Origin: Actinomycetota bacterium
Lineage (GTDB): Bacteria; Actinomycetota; Acidimicrobiia; Acidimicrobiales; GCA-2861595
DNA: 64,000 bases
NCBI GenBank assembly: GCA_052387235.1
Contig: JBQTJJ010000001.1
Span: forward strand, 7,581-71,580
Direction: 5' to 3'
Made by a program: the position numbers and the translations under genes. The first letter of the stretch is position 1, and each line of letters opens with the position of its first letter. This document shows positions 45,118-53,487 of this stretch, in pieces. The notes under the pieces were generated by a model. The model was not told where the DNA came from. It worked only from the letters and a program-made list of their open reading frames with translations, and did no database searches.

Positions 45118-47616
45118 ATGCGCCGGCCCTTCCGGCGGGAGCGCACCGAGCCCGCACCGGCGCCGGCGCCGGCCGCCGCCCCGCCGCCCGCGCCCCCGGC
45201 CTCACCGGACCGGGGCGCCCGCCACGGCCCGTGGGACGAGCTGCCCCGCCTGCGGGCCACGGCCGAGCAGCTGGAGACGACCGCGGCGACAGCGGCGTTC
45301 CTTTCCGAGCTGATCACCCGCCAGCCGGCGCCGGTGGCCCTGCAGCCCCTCAGCCACGACGTCTCGCTCAGCGCGCCGGCCGGCATCGTGCTCGGCATCG
45401 CCACCACCGTGGAGCGGCGGGGGCCGGACGCGGAGCTGCCCCTCGCCCCTCCCCCACCGCCCGCCGGTGCCCCGGCGGGCCGGTCCACACCGGTCCCGGC
45501 GGCCAGGCGGCCGGCGAGCGACGGACCGGCGGTGCGGGCCAGCGGCGACCGCCGACGGGCCCCGGACCAGGGCCGAATCCGGCCCCTCCCCACCGTGGCG
45601 GCCCCGACCCGGGCCGGGCCGGCGAGGGCTCCCGCTCCGCCTCCTGACACCGCCATCGGCTCGGCCCCGGCCGGCGAGGCGGGCGGCGAGGGCACGGGGG
45701 CGGCGACGCTGGGCCGGGCCGGGCGCGCCGCGCCGGTGCCGGCCCGCGCCCCCGGCGACGACCCCGCCGCCCCGCCGGCCGGGCCCGAGCCCACTGCCAC
45801 CGCGCCCGACCTGGTGCTGCCCCCCGTGACCGGCACGACTCGGCCCCCGCCCGGCCACGACCGGACCGCCCCCGCGGGCGCGGCCGCCGCCTCGCCGACC
45901 GGGCTCGACCCCGCCTCGCCGGCCGGGCCCGACCCTGCCCCGCCGGCCGAGCCGGTCCCGGGGCCGGATCCTGCCCCGCCGGCCGAGCCGGGCCCGCGGC
46001 CGGCACCAGCGCTCCGCGAGCCGGCCCCCGTCTCGGTGGACCGGCCCCGCCCGCCGGCCGTCCCGGCGCCGGCCAAGCCCGACCGGCCGCCGCAGCTGCG
46101 GGCTCCCACCCTGGGGCGCCGAGCCGAGGCCCGGCCCCGCATCGGGCCCCCGATGGCGTCGCCGGCCGGCGGCGCCCAGCGGGCCCCCAAGAAGGTGGGC
46201 GGCACGGCCACCGGAGGCAGCTCGCCCGCCCCGGCCACCGGGCCGGTGGCCAAATCGACCGGCGGCGGCGGGCCCGGCGGCGGGGAACCGATGCTGCCGC
46301 CGTCGACCCTCCCCGTGCTCAACCCCGGTGGCGACCTCACGGGCGGGGGTGGATCCGGTGCCGGCCCGGGCGGCGAGACGACCGTGTCCGGCGGCGGGAG
46401 CTTCGGGGGCTCCCTCACCGTGGGCGGCGAGGTCACGGCCGGCGGCGGCCTGACGGCCGGGGGCGGCCTGTCGGCGGGCGGCGAGGGTGTGGTCGGCGGA
46501 GGGGCCACCGTGGGAGGCGGCGTGCTGGCCGGGGGCGACGTCACGGCCGGCGGAGCCGGCACCTTCGGGGGGGCGGCCACGGTGGGCGGCGACCTCTCGG
46601 TGGGCGGGGCCGCATCAGTGGGTGGGGCGGCCGCCGTGGGCGGGGAGATCACGGCCGGCGGGGCCGCCACCGTGGGTGGCTCGGCCACGGTGGGGGCCAA
46701 CCTGTCGGTCGGGTCCACCGTCAGCGCCGGCGCCGGCATGTCGGCGCCCACGCTGGCCGTGGGCAGCCTGATCGCCGGCTCGGTGACGGCCGGGTCGGTG
46801 GAGGCGGCCACCATCAGCGGGGGGGGTGGTGGGGGCGCCGGCGGTGGGGCGGCCCGGGCGCCCGACGCCACCGCGCCCCTGGTGAGCCGGCGCCCGCCCC
46901 TCACCGAGCGGGCCCACCGGCCGGAGGACCTGCCCGACGACGTGCGCCGGGACGTGGAAGCGGCGGCCGGCGTCCCCCTGGCCGGCGTGATGGTGCACCG
47001 GGGCGCGGGCGTCGGCATCGAGGCGGGCCGGCGGGAGGCACGGGCCTTCACCGCCGGCGGCGAGGTGTACCTGCCCAGCGAGCACGGCCCCCTCGACCAG
47101 GAGCCGGCCCGGTCACTGCTGGCCCACGAGCTGGTCCACGTCGGCCAGCAGCGCCGCCTCGGCCGGGCCCTCCCCCACGAGGCCACCACGGAGGGCCGCC
47201 AGCTGGAGGCCGGCGCGGCCGACGTGGAGCACCGGGTCTCCACCCTCCCCACCCGGGCCCACCACCCGCCCGGCGACCGCCCGGCCGCGGCCGCCGTCCG
47301 GGCCGGCGTGGCCAGCGAGGCCGGCGACGGCACGGTCCTGTTCTCCCCCCCGCCCGGCGAGGGGCCGGCCGCGACCGGCGCCGCCTCCGTCCCCGTGGCG
47401 CGCCCGGGACCGCAGCGGGCCGCCGGCGACGCCTCCGACACCGGCGCCAGCGCCCCCGCCGCCACCGGCGAGACCACCGGCCCGGCGCCGGCCGGCGCCG
47501 GCGACGAGGACGTCGAGGAGGTCGTCGACAAGCTCTACCGCCCCATCCTCGACCGCCTCCGCCGCGACCTGCTGATCGAGCGGGAGCGGGCCGGGCTCCT
47601 GCTGGACCGGAGGTAG
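45118..47616 (+). CDS. Tape-measure-position protein: Pro/Ala-rich region + Gly-rich repeats + embedded DUF4157 + conserved C-terminal helix
   Basis: Located between tube/chaperone and tube-initiator genes. DUF4157 block DVRRDVEAAAGVPLAGVMVHRG ... FTAGGEVYLP ... LLAHELVHVGQQ at about 46920-47155. C-terminus DKLYRPILDRLRRDLLIERERAGLLLDRR. Confidence 0.75.
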   Translation: MRRPFRRERTEPAPAPAPAAAPPPAPPASPDRGARHGPWDELPRLRATAEQLETTAATAAFLSELITRQPAPVALQPLSHDVSLSAPAGIVLGIATTVERRGPDAELPLAPPPPPAGAPAGRSTPVPAARRPASDGPAVRASGDRRRAPDQGRIRPLPTVAAPTRAGPARAPAPPPDTAIGSAPAGEAGGEGTGAATLGRAGRAAPVPARAPGDDPAAPPAGPEPTATAPDLVLPPVTGTTRPPPGHDRTAPAGAAAASPTGLDPASPAGPDPAPPAEPVPGPDPAPPAEPGPRPAPALREPAPVSVDRPRPPAVPAPAKPDRPPQLRAPTLGRRAEARPRIGPPMASPAGGAQRAPKKVGGTATGGSSPAPATGPVAKSTGGGGPGGGEPMLPPSTLPVLNPGGDLTGGGGSGAGPGGETTVSGGGSFGGSLTVGGEVTAGGGLTAGGGLSAGGEGVVGGGATVGGGVLAGGDVTAGGAGTFGGAATVGGDLSVGGAASVGGAAAVGGEITAGGAATVGGSATVGANLSVGSTVSAGAGMSAPTLAVGSLIAGSVTAGSVEAATISGGGGGGAGGGAARAPDATAPLVSRRPPLTERAHRPEDLPDDVRRDVEAAAGVPLAGVMVHRGAGVGIEAGRREARAFTAGGEVYLPSEHGPLDQEPARSLLAHELVHVGQQRRLGRALPHEATTEGRQLEAGAADVEHRVSTLPTRAHHPPGDRPAAAAVRAGVASEAGDGTVLFSPPPGEGPAATGAASVPVARPGPQRAAGDASDTGASAPAATGETTGPAPAGAGDEDVEEVVDKLYRPILDRLRRDLLIERERAGLLLDRR
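46381..46850 (+). repeat. In-frame Gly-rich short-period repeats (about 20 units of V/T-G-G-x-x-T/S)
   Basis: SLTVGGEVTAGGGLTAGGGLSAGGEGVVGGGATVGGGVLAGGDVTAGGAGTFGGAATVGGDLSVGGAASVGGAAAVGGEITAGGAATVGGSATVGANLSVGSTVSAG... Confidence 0.85.
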
Positions 47617-47620
47617 GGAG

Positions 47621-48055
47621 GTGGCGGCGTCGAAGGACCCGGGCCTGGCCATCCGCTACGAGGTGAAGGTCGACGGCGTGGACCTGGGCGCCTTCACCGA
47701 GTGCGACGGGCTGGCCGGCGAGTACGAGGTCCTCGAGTACCCGGAGGGCGGCAACAACGGCTTCGTCCACCGCCTCCCGGGCCGCCTCAAGCACACCAAC
47801 GTCACGCTGAAGCGGCCCATCGACGCCGAGTCCGGGAAGCTGGCCGCCTGGTTCAGCAGCCTCAAGGACGCGGTGAGCCGCAAGACGGCCTCGATCACCG
47901 TCTACGACGGCAACAAGAAGAAGATCGCGGGCTGGAGCCTGGTGGGGGTCTGGCCGGCCAGGTACAGCGGCCCGAAGCTGTCGTCCACCGACGAGGGCGT
48001 GGCCATCGAGACCCTGGAGCTGGTCCACGACGGCTTCACCCACGAGGGCGGCTGA
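47621..48055 (+). CDS. Second gp19-like tube-family protein (Afp5-like tube initiator)
   Basis: RYEVKVDGVDLGAFTECDGL..EYEV.EY.EGG ... LKHTNVTLKRP is paralogous to 44094-44537. GTG after GGGAGG. Confidence 0.88.
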   Translation: MAASKDPGLAIRYEVKVDGVDLGAFTECDGLAGEYEVLEYPEGGNNGFVHRLPGRLKHTNVTLKRPIDAESGKLAAWFSSLKDAVSRKTASITVYDGNKKKIAGWSLVGVWPARYSGPKLSSTDEGVAIETLELVHDGFTHEGG

Positions 48056-48058
48056 CCG

Positions 48059-48721
48059 GTGCCCGCCCTCGACAAGGCCTACCTGGCGGTGCAGGGATCG
48101 GGCGACCGGCTCGAGTTCGCCTTCAACCCCACCGAGGTCGACCTGGCCAAGTCCTCGCAGTGGAAGGACTCCAAGAACAAGGGCGCCAAGAAGGCGCCAC
48201 CCAAGGAGTTCATCGGCACCAACGCCCGCACGCTGGCCATGGAGCTGCTGTTCGACGGGTGGAACGACGGGAGCGGCGACGTGTCGGCCGCGGTGGAGAA
48301 GCTGTTCACCTGGACCTGCCCCACCGAGGAGTCGCTCAGCAACAACAAGCCGCAGCCGCCCGTGGTGGTCCTGCACTGGGGCGCGACCTCCTACTTCGAG
48401 GTCTACGTCAAGCAGGTCCAGGCCAAGTACACGCTGTTCGACCAGCAGGGCCACCCGGTGCGGGCCACCGTCAAGGTGACCCTGGAGGAGCTGCCCCAGA
48501 ACCCGGCCGCCCAGAACCCGTCCTCGGGCGGCGTACCCGGCCGGCGCACGTACCAGATGACGGCCGGCGACACCCTGCAGTCGGTGGCCTACCGCGAGTA
48601 CCGCCGGCCCCAGTACTGGCGGGCCCTGGCCGAGGTCAACGGCATCGACGACCCGATCCGGGTGCGGCCCGGGACCCAGCTGCTCGTCCCGCCCGCCACC
48701 GAAGCGGCCCGGCTGTCGTAG
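48059..48721 (+). CDS. LysM-domain baseplate/tube-initiator protein (Afp7-like)
   Basis: The N-terminal tube-like half (LEFAFNPTEVDLAKSSQW) and the C-terminal LysM (YQMTAGDTLQSVAYREY..PQYWRALAEVNGIDDP.RVRPGTQLLVP). Confidence 0.85.
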   Translation: MPALDKAYLAVQGSGDRLEFAFNPTEVDLAKSSQWKDSKNKGAKKAPPKEFIGTNARTLAMELLFDGWNDGSGDVSAAVEKLFTWTCPTEESLSNNKPQPPVVVLHWGATSYFEVYVKQVQAKYTLFDQQGHPVRATVKVTLEELPQNPAAQNPSSGGVPGRRTYQMTAGDTLQSVAYREYRRPQYWRALAEVNGIDDPIRVRPGTQLLVPPATEAARLS

Positions 48722-48731
48722 GGGGAGGAGC

Positions 48732-50465
48732 GTGCCCGACACCCAGCAGTTCGGAGCCAAGCCGGTGATCGAGATCGACGGCAGCCCCCTGCCATCGAGC
48801 GTGGAGCCGGCCCTGGAGGAGGTGGTGGTGGACGACCACCTCCACCTGCCCGACATGTTCCTGCTGCGGCTGCGCGACGACGGCAAGGACGTGTTCCGGC
48901 AGCTGGCGGTGCGCATCGGCAGCAGGGTCACCATCTCGGCCACCCCCGTCGGCGACGGGCGCCAGGACCCGCTCATCGTGGGCGAGGTCACCGCCCTGGA
49001 GGCCGAGTACGACAAGACCGGGACCCACGCACTGGTACGCGGCTACGACCTGTCCCACCGGCTGTGCCGGGGCCGCAGGACCCAGACCTTCAACGACGTC
49101 ACCGACTCCGACCTGGCCGCCCAGATCGCCGAGGGGGCCGGCCTCGACCTGGGCCACGTCGACGCCACCTCCACCACCTACGAGCACGTGTCCCAGGTGA
49201 ACGTCAACGACTGGGAGTTCCTCAAGGCCCGGGCCCGGGAGATCGGCTACGAGGTTGCGGTGGTGCTGGGCAAGTTCGAGTGGCGGCGCCCCGCCGAGTC
49301 GTCGGCCGGCCCGGGCGAGTCGGGCGTGGAGCCGGGAGAGCCCACCCAGCTGGTGCTGGGCTCCAACCTCGAGTGGTTCCGGCCCCGGGTGACGGCCGGC
49401 GAGCAGGTGAAGGAGGCCCAGGTGCGGGGGTGGGACCCCACCACCAAGCAGAAGGTGGTGGCCACTGCCGCGGCCGCCACGACCAGCGCGTCGGTGGGCC
49501 TGGGGCCGGCCGAGCTGGCCGGCACCTTCGGCAACCCCACCTACGTGTGCGTCGACCTGCCCCTGGCCACCCAGGCCGAGGCCGACGCCGCCGCCGCCGC
49601 CCTCATCGAGCAGATCGGCAGCGTCCACTGCGAGGCCGACGGCGTCGCCCAGGGCAACCCGAAGCTCCGGGCCGGCACGGCCGTGAGCGTGTCGCTGGCG
49701 GGCTGGCCCTACGACGGCCGCTACACCATCACGTCCTCCCGCCACTGCTACAGCCCCGGCGGGTACCGGTCGCACTTCCAGGTGAGCGGGCGCAACGAGC
49801 GCTCCCTGCTGGGCCTGGCCTCCATGGGCGCCACCAAGGGCAACGGCAGCGCGGGCGGGCCGCCCATGTACGGCGTGGTGATCGCCCAGGTCACCGACCT
49901 CGACGACCCCGAGGAGCTGGGCCGGGTCAAGCTGGCCATGCCCTGGCTGTCGGACACGTACGAGTCCTGGTGGGCCCGCGTGGTGCAGCTCGGGGCCGGC
50001 GACCAGCGGGGGGCGGTCTGGCTCCCGGAGGTGGACGACGAGGTGCTCGTGGCCTTCGAGCACGGCGACGTGCGCCGGCCCTACGTCATCGGCAGCCTGT
50101 GGAACGGCGTGGACAGGCCGAACCTGGGCTCGCGCCTGTTCGACCACGGCGCCGTGAAGCGGCGTGGCTTCGTGTCCAAGAAGGGCCACCGCCTGGTGTT
50201 CTTCGACGACGACGGCAAGTCGGGAGTGGCCACCATCACGGCTGACGACGGACTGCGCATCTCGCTCAACCAGACCGAGACGACGATCAAGGTGACCAGC
50301 TCGGGCAAGGTCGAGATCCAGGGCACGGGCGAGGTCTCCATCACGTCCAGCAGCAACGTCACGGTGGAGGCCACCGGCAAGCTCGACCTCAAGGGGTCGG
50401 CCGGCGTCAGCATCGACGGCGGCCCCCAGGTGGCCATCACCGGCGGGGTGGTGAAGCTCAATTGA
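48732..50465 (+). CDS. Spike/baseplate hub protein (gpD + gp5-OB + beta-helix; VgrG/Afp8-like)
   Basis: gpD-like N-terminus. VVIAQVTDLDDPEELGRVKL..PWL ... WARVVQ ... GAVWLPEVDDEVLVAFEHGD.RRPYVIGSLWN. Ends in beta-helical repeats. Confidence 0.9.
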   Translation: MPDTQQFGAKPVIEIDGSPLPSSVEPALEEVVVDDHLHLPDMFLLRLRDDGKDVFRQLAVRIGSRVTISATPVGDGRQDPLIVGEVTALEAEYDKTGTHALVRGYDLSHRLCRGRRTQTFNDVTDSDLAAQIAEGAGLDLGHVDATSTTYEHVSQVNVNDWEFLKARAREIGYEVAVVLGKFEWRRPAESSAGPGESGVEPGEPTQLVLGSNLEWFRPRVTAGEQVKEAQVRGWDPTTKQKVVATAAAATTSASVGLGPAELAGTFGNPTYVCVDLPLATQAEADAAAAALIEQIGSVHCEADGVAQGNPKLRAGTAVSVSLAGWPYDGRYTITSSRHCYSPGGYRSHFQVSGRNERSLLGLASMGATKGNGSAGGPPMYGVVIAQVTDLDDPEELGRVKLAMPWLSDTYESWWARVVQLGAGDQRGAVWLPEVDDEVLVAFEHGDVRRPYVIGSLWNGVDRPNLGSRLFDHGAVKRRGFVSKKGHRLVFFDDDGKSGVATITADDGLRISLNQTETTIKVTSSGKVEIQGTGEVSITSSSNVTVEATGKLDLKGSAGVSIDGGPQVAITGGVVKLN

Positions 50466-50538
50466 CGGCGGCGGATGGGGCTGGGGCCCCCATCTCGGCG
50501 AGGAGGCTGGGGTTGGGGCCCCAGCCGGGGAGAGAACA

Positions 50539-50931
50539 TTGAGTAGTGAGTTCATTGGCGCGGGGTGGGCCTATCCCGTTCGCACGGACGCGACCGGGGG
50601 CATCGCCCTGGTGTCGGGGGACCGGGAACTGGCCGAGAGCATCCGGCTCATCCTGGGCACGGCCTACGGCGACCGGCCCATGCGGCCCGAGTTCGGCTGC
50701 GCCATCCACGACTTCGTGTTCTCCCCCGCCGACACCGGGATGGCCGGCCTCATCGCCTACGAGGTCCAGGCCTCGCTGGCCCGCTGGGAGCCCCGCATCG
50801 TGGTGCAGGGGGTGGACGTGAGCTTCGACCCGGACCGGCCCGTCGTCTACATCGACCTGCGCTACTCCACCAGCGACGCCAACGACCCCCGCAACCTCGT
50901 CTTCCCCTTCTACTACCTGCCGGAGGAGTGA
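50539..50931 (+). CDS. Baseplate wedge protein gp25/GPW-like (Afp9-like)
   Basis: GAGWAYPV ... ESIRLILGTAYGDRPMRPEFGC.IHDFVF is the GPW_gp25 signature. TTG start after GGGGAGAG. Confidence 0.88.
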   Translation: MSSEFIGAGWAYPVRTDATGGIALVSGDRELAESIRLILGTAYGDRPMRPEFGCAIHDFVFSPADTGMAGLIAYEVQASLARWEPRIVVQGVDVSFDPDRPVVYIDLRYSTSDANDPRNLVFPFYYLPEE

Positions 50932-50932
50932 G

Positions 50933-52873
50933 ATGGCGCTCCCCGCCCCCAACCTCGACGACCGCCGCTTCCAGGACCTCGTCGACGACTGCAAGCGGCT
51001 GGTGCAGCAGCGGTGCCCCGAGTGGACCGACCACAACGTCCACGACCCCGGGGTCACGCTTCTCGAGACCTTCGCCTGGCTGGCCGACCAGCTCCTCTAC
51101 CGGCTCAACCGGGTGCCGGACAAGAACTACGTGAAGTTCCTGGAGCTGGTGGGCGTGCGCCTGTTCCCGCCCAACGCGGCCCGGGCCGGCGTCACCTTCT
51201 GGCTGTCGGCGCCGCGGCCCGACACCGTCCGCATCCCGTCGGGCACGCGGGTGGCCACGCCCCGCGCCGGCTCCGAGGAGCTGGTGGCCTTCACGACCCT
51301 GGACGACGTCGACGTCGTCCCCTGCCGGGTCGCCCACGTCCTGTCCACCGTGGCCGAGGGGGCCTACCGCCACCACGACGACGCCCTCGGGCTGGAGCAG
51401 GAGTTCGCCTGCTTCGACCAGGTCCCCAAACCCGGCGACAGCCTGCTGGTCGGCCTGGACGACGCCGTCCCGTCCTGCGCCGTGGTGGTGCGCTTCGACG
51501 CGCGCATCGAAGGCATAGGCGTCGACCCCGACCGGCCGCCGCTGGCGTGGGAGGCGTGGGACGGCGAGGGCTGGGCCGCCTGCCAGCTGGACACCGACAC
51601 CACCGGCGGCATCAACCGGGCCGGCGACGTCGTGCTCCACGTGCCGCCCAGCCACACCACGGCCATCGTCGACCGGCTCCGGGCCGGGTGGCTGCGGGCC
51701 CGGGTGCTGGAGGCAGAGGACGACCAGCCCGCCTACAGCGCCTCGCCGTCGGTGCAGCGCCTGTCGGCGTTCACCATCGGAGCCACCACGCCGGCTGTCA
51801 ACGCCGAGGTGGTGGAGGACGAGGTGCTCGGGTTCTCCGACGGCACGCCCGGGCAGTGCTTCCGGGTGAGCCGGCTGCCCATCGTCCCGGTGGGCGACCC
51901 CGTGGTGGTCGAGGTGGCGGGCGACGACTGGGAGCCGTGGGAGGAGGTCGAGGACTGGGCGTCGAGCGGGCCCGACGACGCCCGCTTCGTGGTCGACCGT
52001 GTCAGCGGTGAGGTGCGCTTCGGCCCGGCCGTGCGCCAGCCCGACGGCACCGTGACCTCCTACGGCCGGGTCCCGCCCAAGGGCGCGGCCGTGCGCATCC
52101 GCTCCTACCGCACCGGCGGAGGCCAGCGGGGCAACGTGGCCCGGCGCAGCCTCACCGTGCTCAAGTCCTCGATCCCGTTCGTGGCGCGCGTCGAGAACCG
52201 GTCCGCGGCCTCGGGCGGCCGGGACGGCGAGACGGTGGGGAACGCCAAGGAGCGGGGGCCCATCACCCTTCGGTCGAGGGGCCGGGCCGTCACGGCCGAG
52301 GACTTCGAGTCCATCGCCGGCCAGGCCGCGCTGGAGGTTGCCCGGACCCGCTGCACGCCGGTCACCGACGGCGACGGCGGGAGCGGCGTGCGCGTGCTGA
52401 TCGTCCCCCACGCCACCGACGACCGGGGCCGCCTCTCGTTCGGTCAGATGGTGCCGGCCGACGAGACCTACCAGAAGGTGGCCGCCGCCCTGGACGAGCG
52501 CCGCATCGTGGGCACGCGGGTGGTGGTGGAGCCGCCCGAGTACATGGGCGTCACCGTGGTGGCCCGCCTGCGGCCCCACCCGTCGGCCAACCAGGCCCGC
52601 CTCCGCGAGGCCGCCCTGGAGGCGCTGTTCGGCTACTTCCACCCGCTGCGGGGCGGACCCGACGGGGATGGTTGGCCGTTCGGCCGGCCCGTCCACGTGG
52701 GCGAGGTCTACGCCGTGCTCCAGGGCCTGCCCGGGCTCGGCATCATCGAGGACGCCCGCCTGTTCACCGCCAACCCGGCCACCATCGAGCGGGGCCGCGA
52801 CGCCGTGCCGCGCATCGACCTGGAGCCCAACCAGCTCGTCTTCTCCGTGGACCACCAGGTGGTCCTCCGGTGA
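50933..52873 (+). CDS. Baseplate J-like protein (gp6-like, Afp11-like)
   Basis: LPAPNLDDRRFQDLVDD....Q.RCPEWTDHNVHDPGVTLLE.FAW..D.L.YRLN..P is the typical N-terminus of the putative baseplate assembly protein family. 646 aa. Confidence 0.88.
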   Translation: MALPAPNLDDRRFQDLVDDCKRLVQQRCPEWTDHNVHDPGVTLLETFAWLADQLLYRLNRVPDKNYVKFLELVGVRLFPPNAARAGVTFWLSAPRPDTVRIPSGTRVATPRAGSEELVAFTTLDDVDVVPCRVAHVLSTVAEGAYRHHDDALGLEQEFACFDQVPKPGDSLLVGLDDAVPSCAVVVRFDARIEGIGVDPDRPPLAWEAWDGEGWAACQLDTDTTGGINRAGDVVLHVPPSHTTAIVDRLRAGWLRARVLEAEDDQPAYSASPSVQRLSAFTIGATTPAVNAEVVEDEVLGFSDGTPGQCFRVSRLPIVPVGDPVVVEVAGDDWEPWEEVEDWASSGPDDARFVVDRVSGEVRFGPAVRQPDGTVTSYGRVPPKGAAVRIRSYRTGGGQRGNVARRSLTVLKSSIPFVARVENRSAASGGRDGETVGNAKERGPITLRSRGRAVTAEDFESIAGQAALEVARTRCTPVTDGDGGSGVRVLIVPHATDDRGRLSFGQMVPADETYQKVAAALDERRIVGTRVVVEPPEYMGVTVVARLRPHPSANQARLREAALEALFGYFHPLRGGPDGDGWPFGRPVHVGEVYAVLQGLPGLGIIEDARLFTANPATIERGRDAVPRIDLEPNQLVFSVDHQVVLR

Positions 52874-52925
52874 CGGCCGGGGTGGGTACGATCGTGGCCG
52901 CGGCGGCCGGGAGGGGGTCGATGGC

Positions 52926-53468
52926 GTGCGAGGGCTGATCGAGGGCCTGGCCAGCCCCCACCCGCTCGAACCCATGCTGCCCCCCATGTTGCGGGGCGAG
53001 GACTTCCTGGAGCGCTTCACCGGTGCCCTCGACGATGTGCTGGCACCGGCCTTGTGCGCCCTCGACAACCTGCCCGCCTACCTCGACCCGGTGCTGGCGC
53101 CGCCCGACTTCCTGGCCTGGCTCGGCAGCTGGTTGGGGATGGACCTCGACGACGACTGGCCGCTCGACCGGCGCCGCACCATGGTCGCCCACGCCGCCGG
53201 TCTGTACGAGCGGCGCGGGACGGTGTCCGGACTGGCCGACCTGGTGGCCCTGTACACGGGGGCGGGGCCGGAGATCGTGGAGGGCGGCGGGGTCTCGTGG
53301 TCGGCCACACCGGGCGGCAGCCTCCCGGGCACGGGGTCCCCGCTCGTCCTGGTACGGGCCCGCTTCGCGGGCGACCCGCCAACCGACACCGACCTGGCCC
53401 GTATCGACGGGCTGGTGGCGGCGGCCAAGCCGGCCCATCTCCAGCACACCGTGGAGGTCCTGCCGTGA
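52926..53468 (+). CDS. Phage tail protein I-like baseplate protein (P2 gpI/Afp12-like)
   Basis: LPPMLRGEDFLERF...LD.VLAP....LDNL.AYLDP..AP.DFL.WL..WLG..LD..W ... YE.RGT..GL pattern. GTG 52926 after GGGAGGGGG. The longer listed ORF overlaps the previous gene. Confidence 0.8.
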   Translation: MRGLIEGLASPHPLEPMLPPMLRGEDFLERFTGALDDVLAPALCALDNLPAYLDPVLAPPDFLAWLGSWLGMDLDDDWPLDRRRTMVAHAAGLYERRGTVSGLADLVALYTGAGPEIVEGGGVSWSATPGGSLPGTGSPLVLVRARFAGDPPTDTDLARIDGLVAAAKPAHLQHTVEVLP

Positions 53469-53487
53469 ACGAGAGGGCTGGCGGCCG

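Noticed and set aside
37276-53068. Long minus-strand ORFs inside the CIS locus (37276..39567, 42417..44717, 44841..47531, 48636..50555, 50750..53068)
   Set aside because: All are antisense to genes with clear phage-tail signatures, and their translations are Gly/Arg/Pro/Val low complexity.
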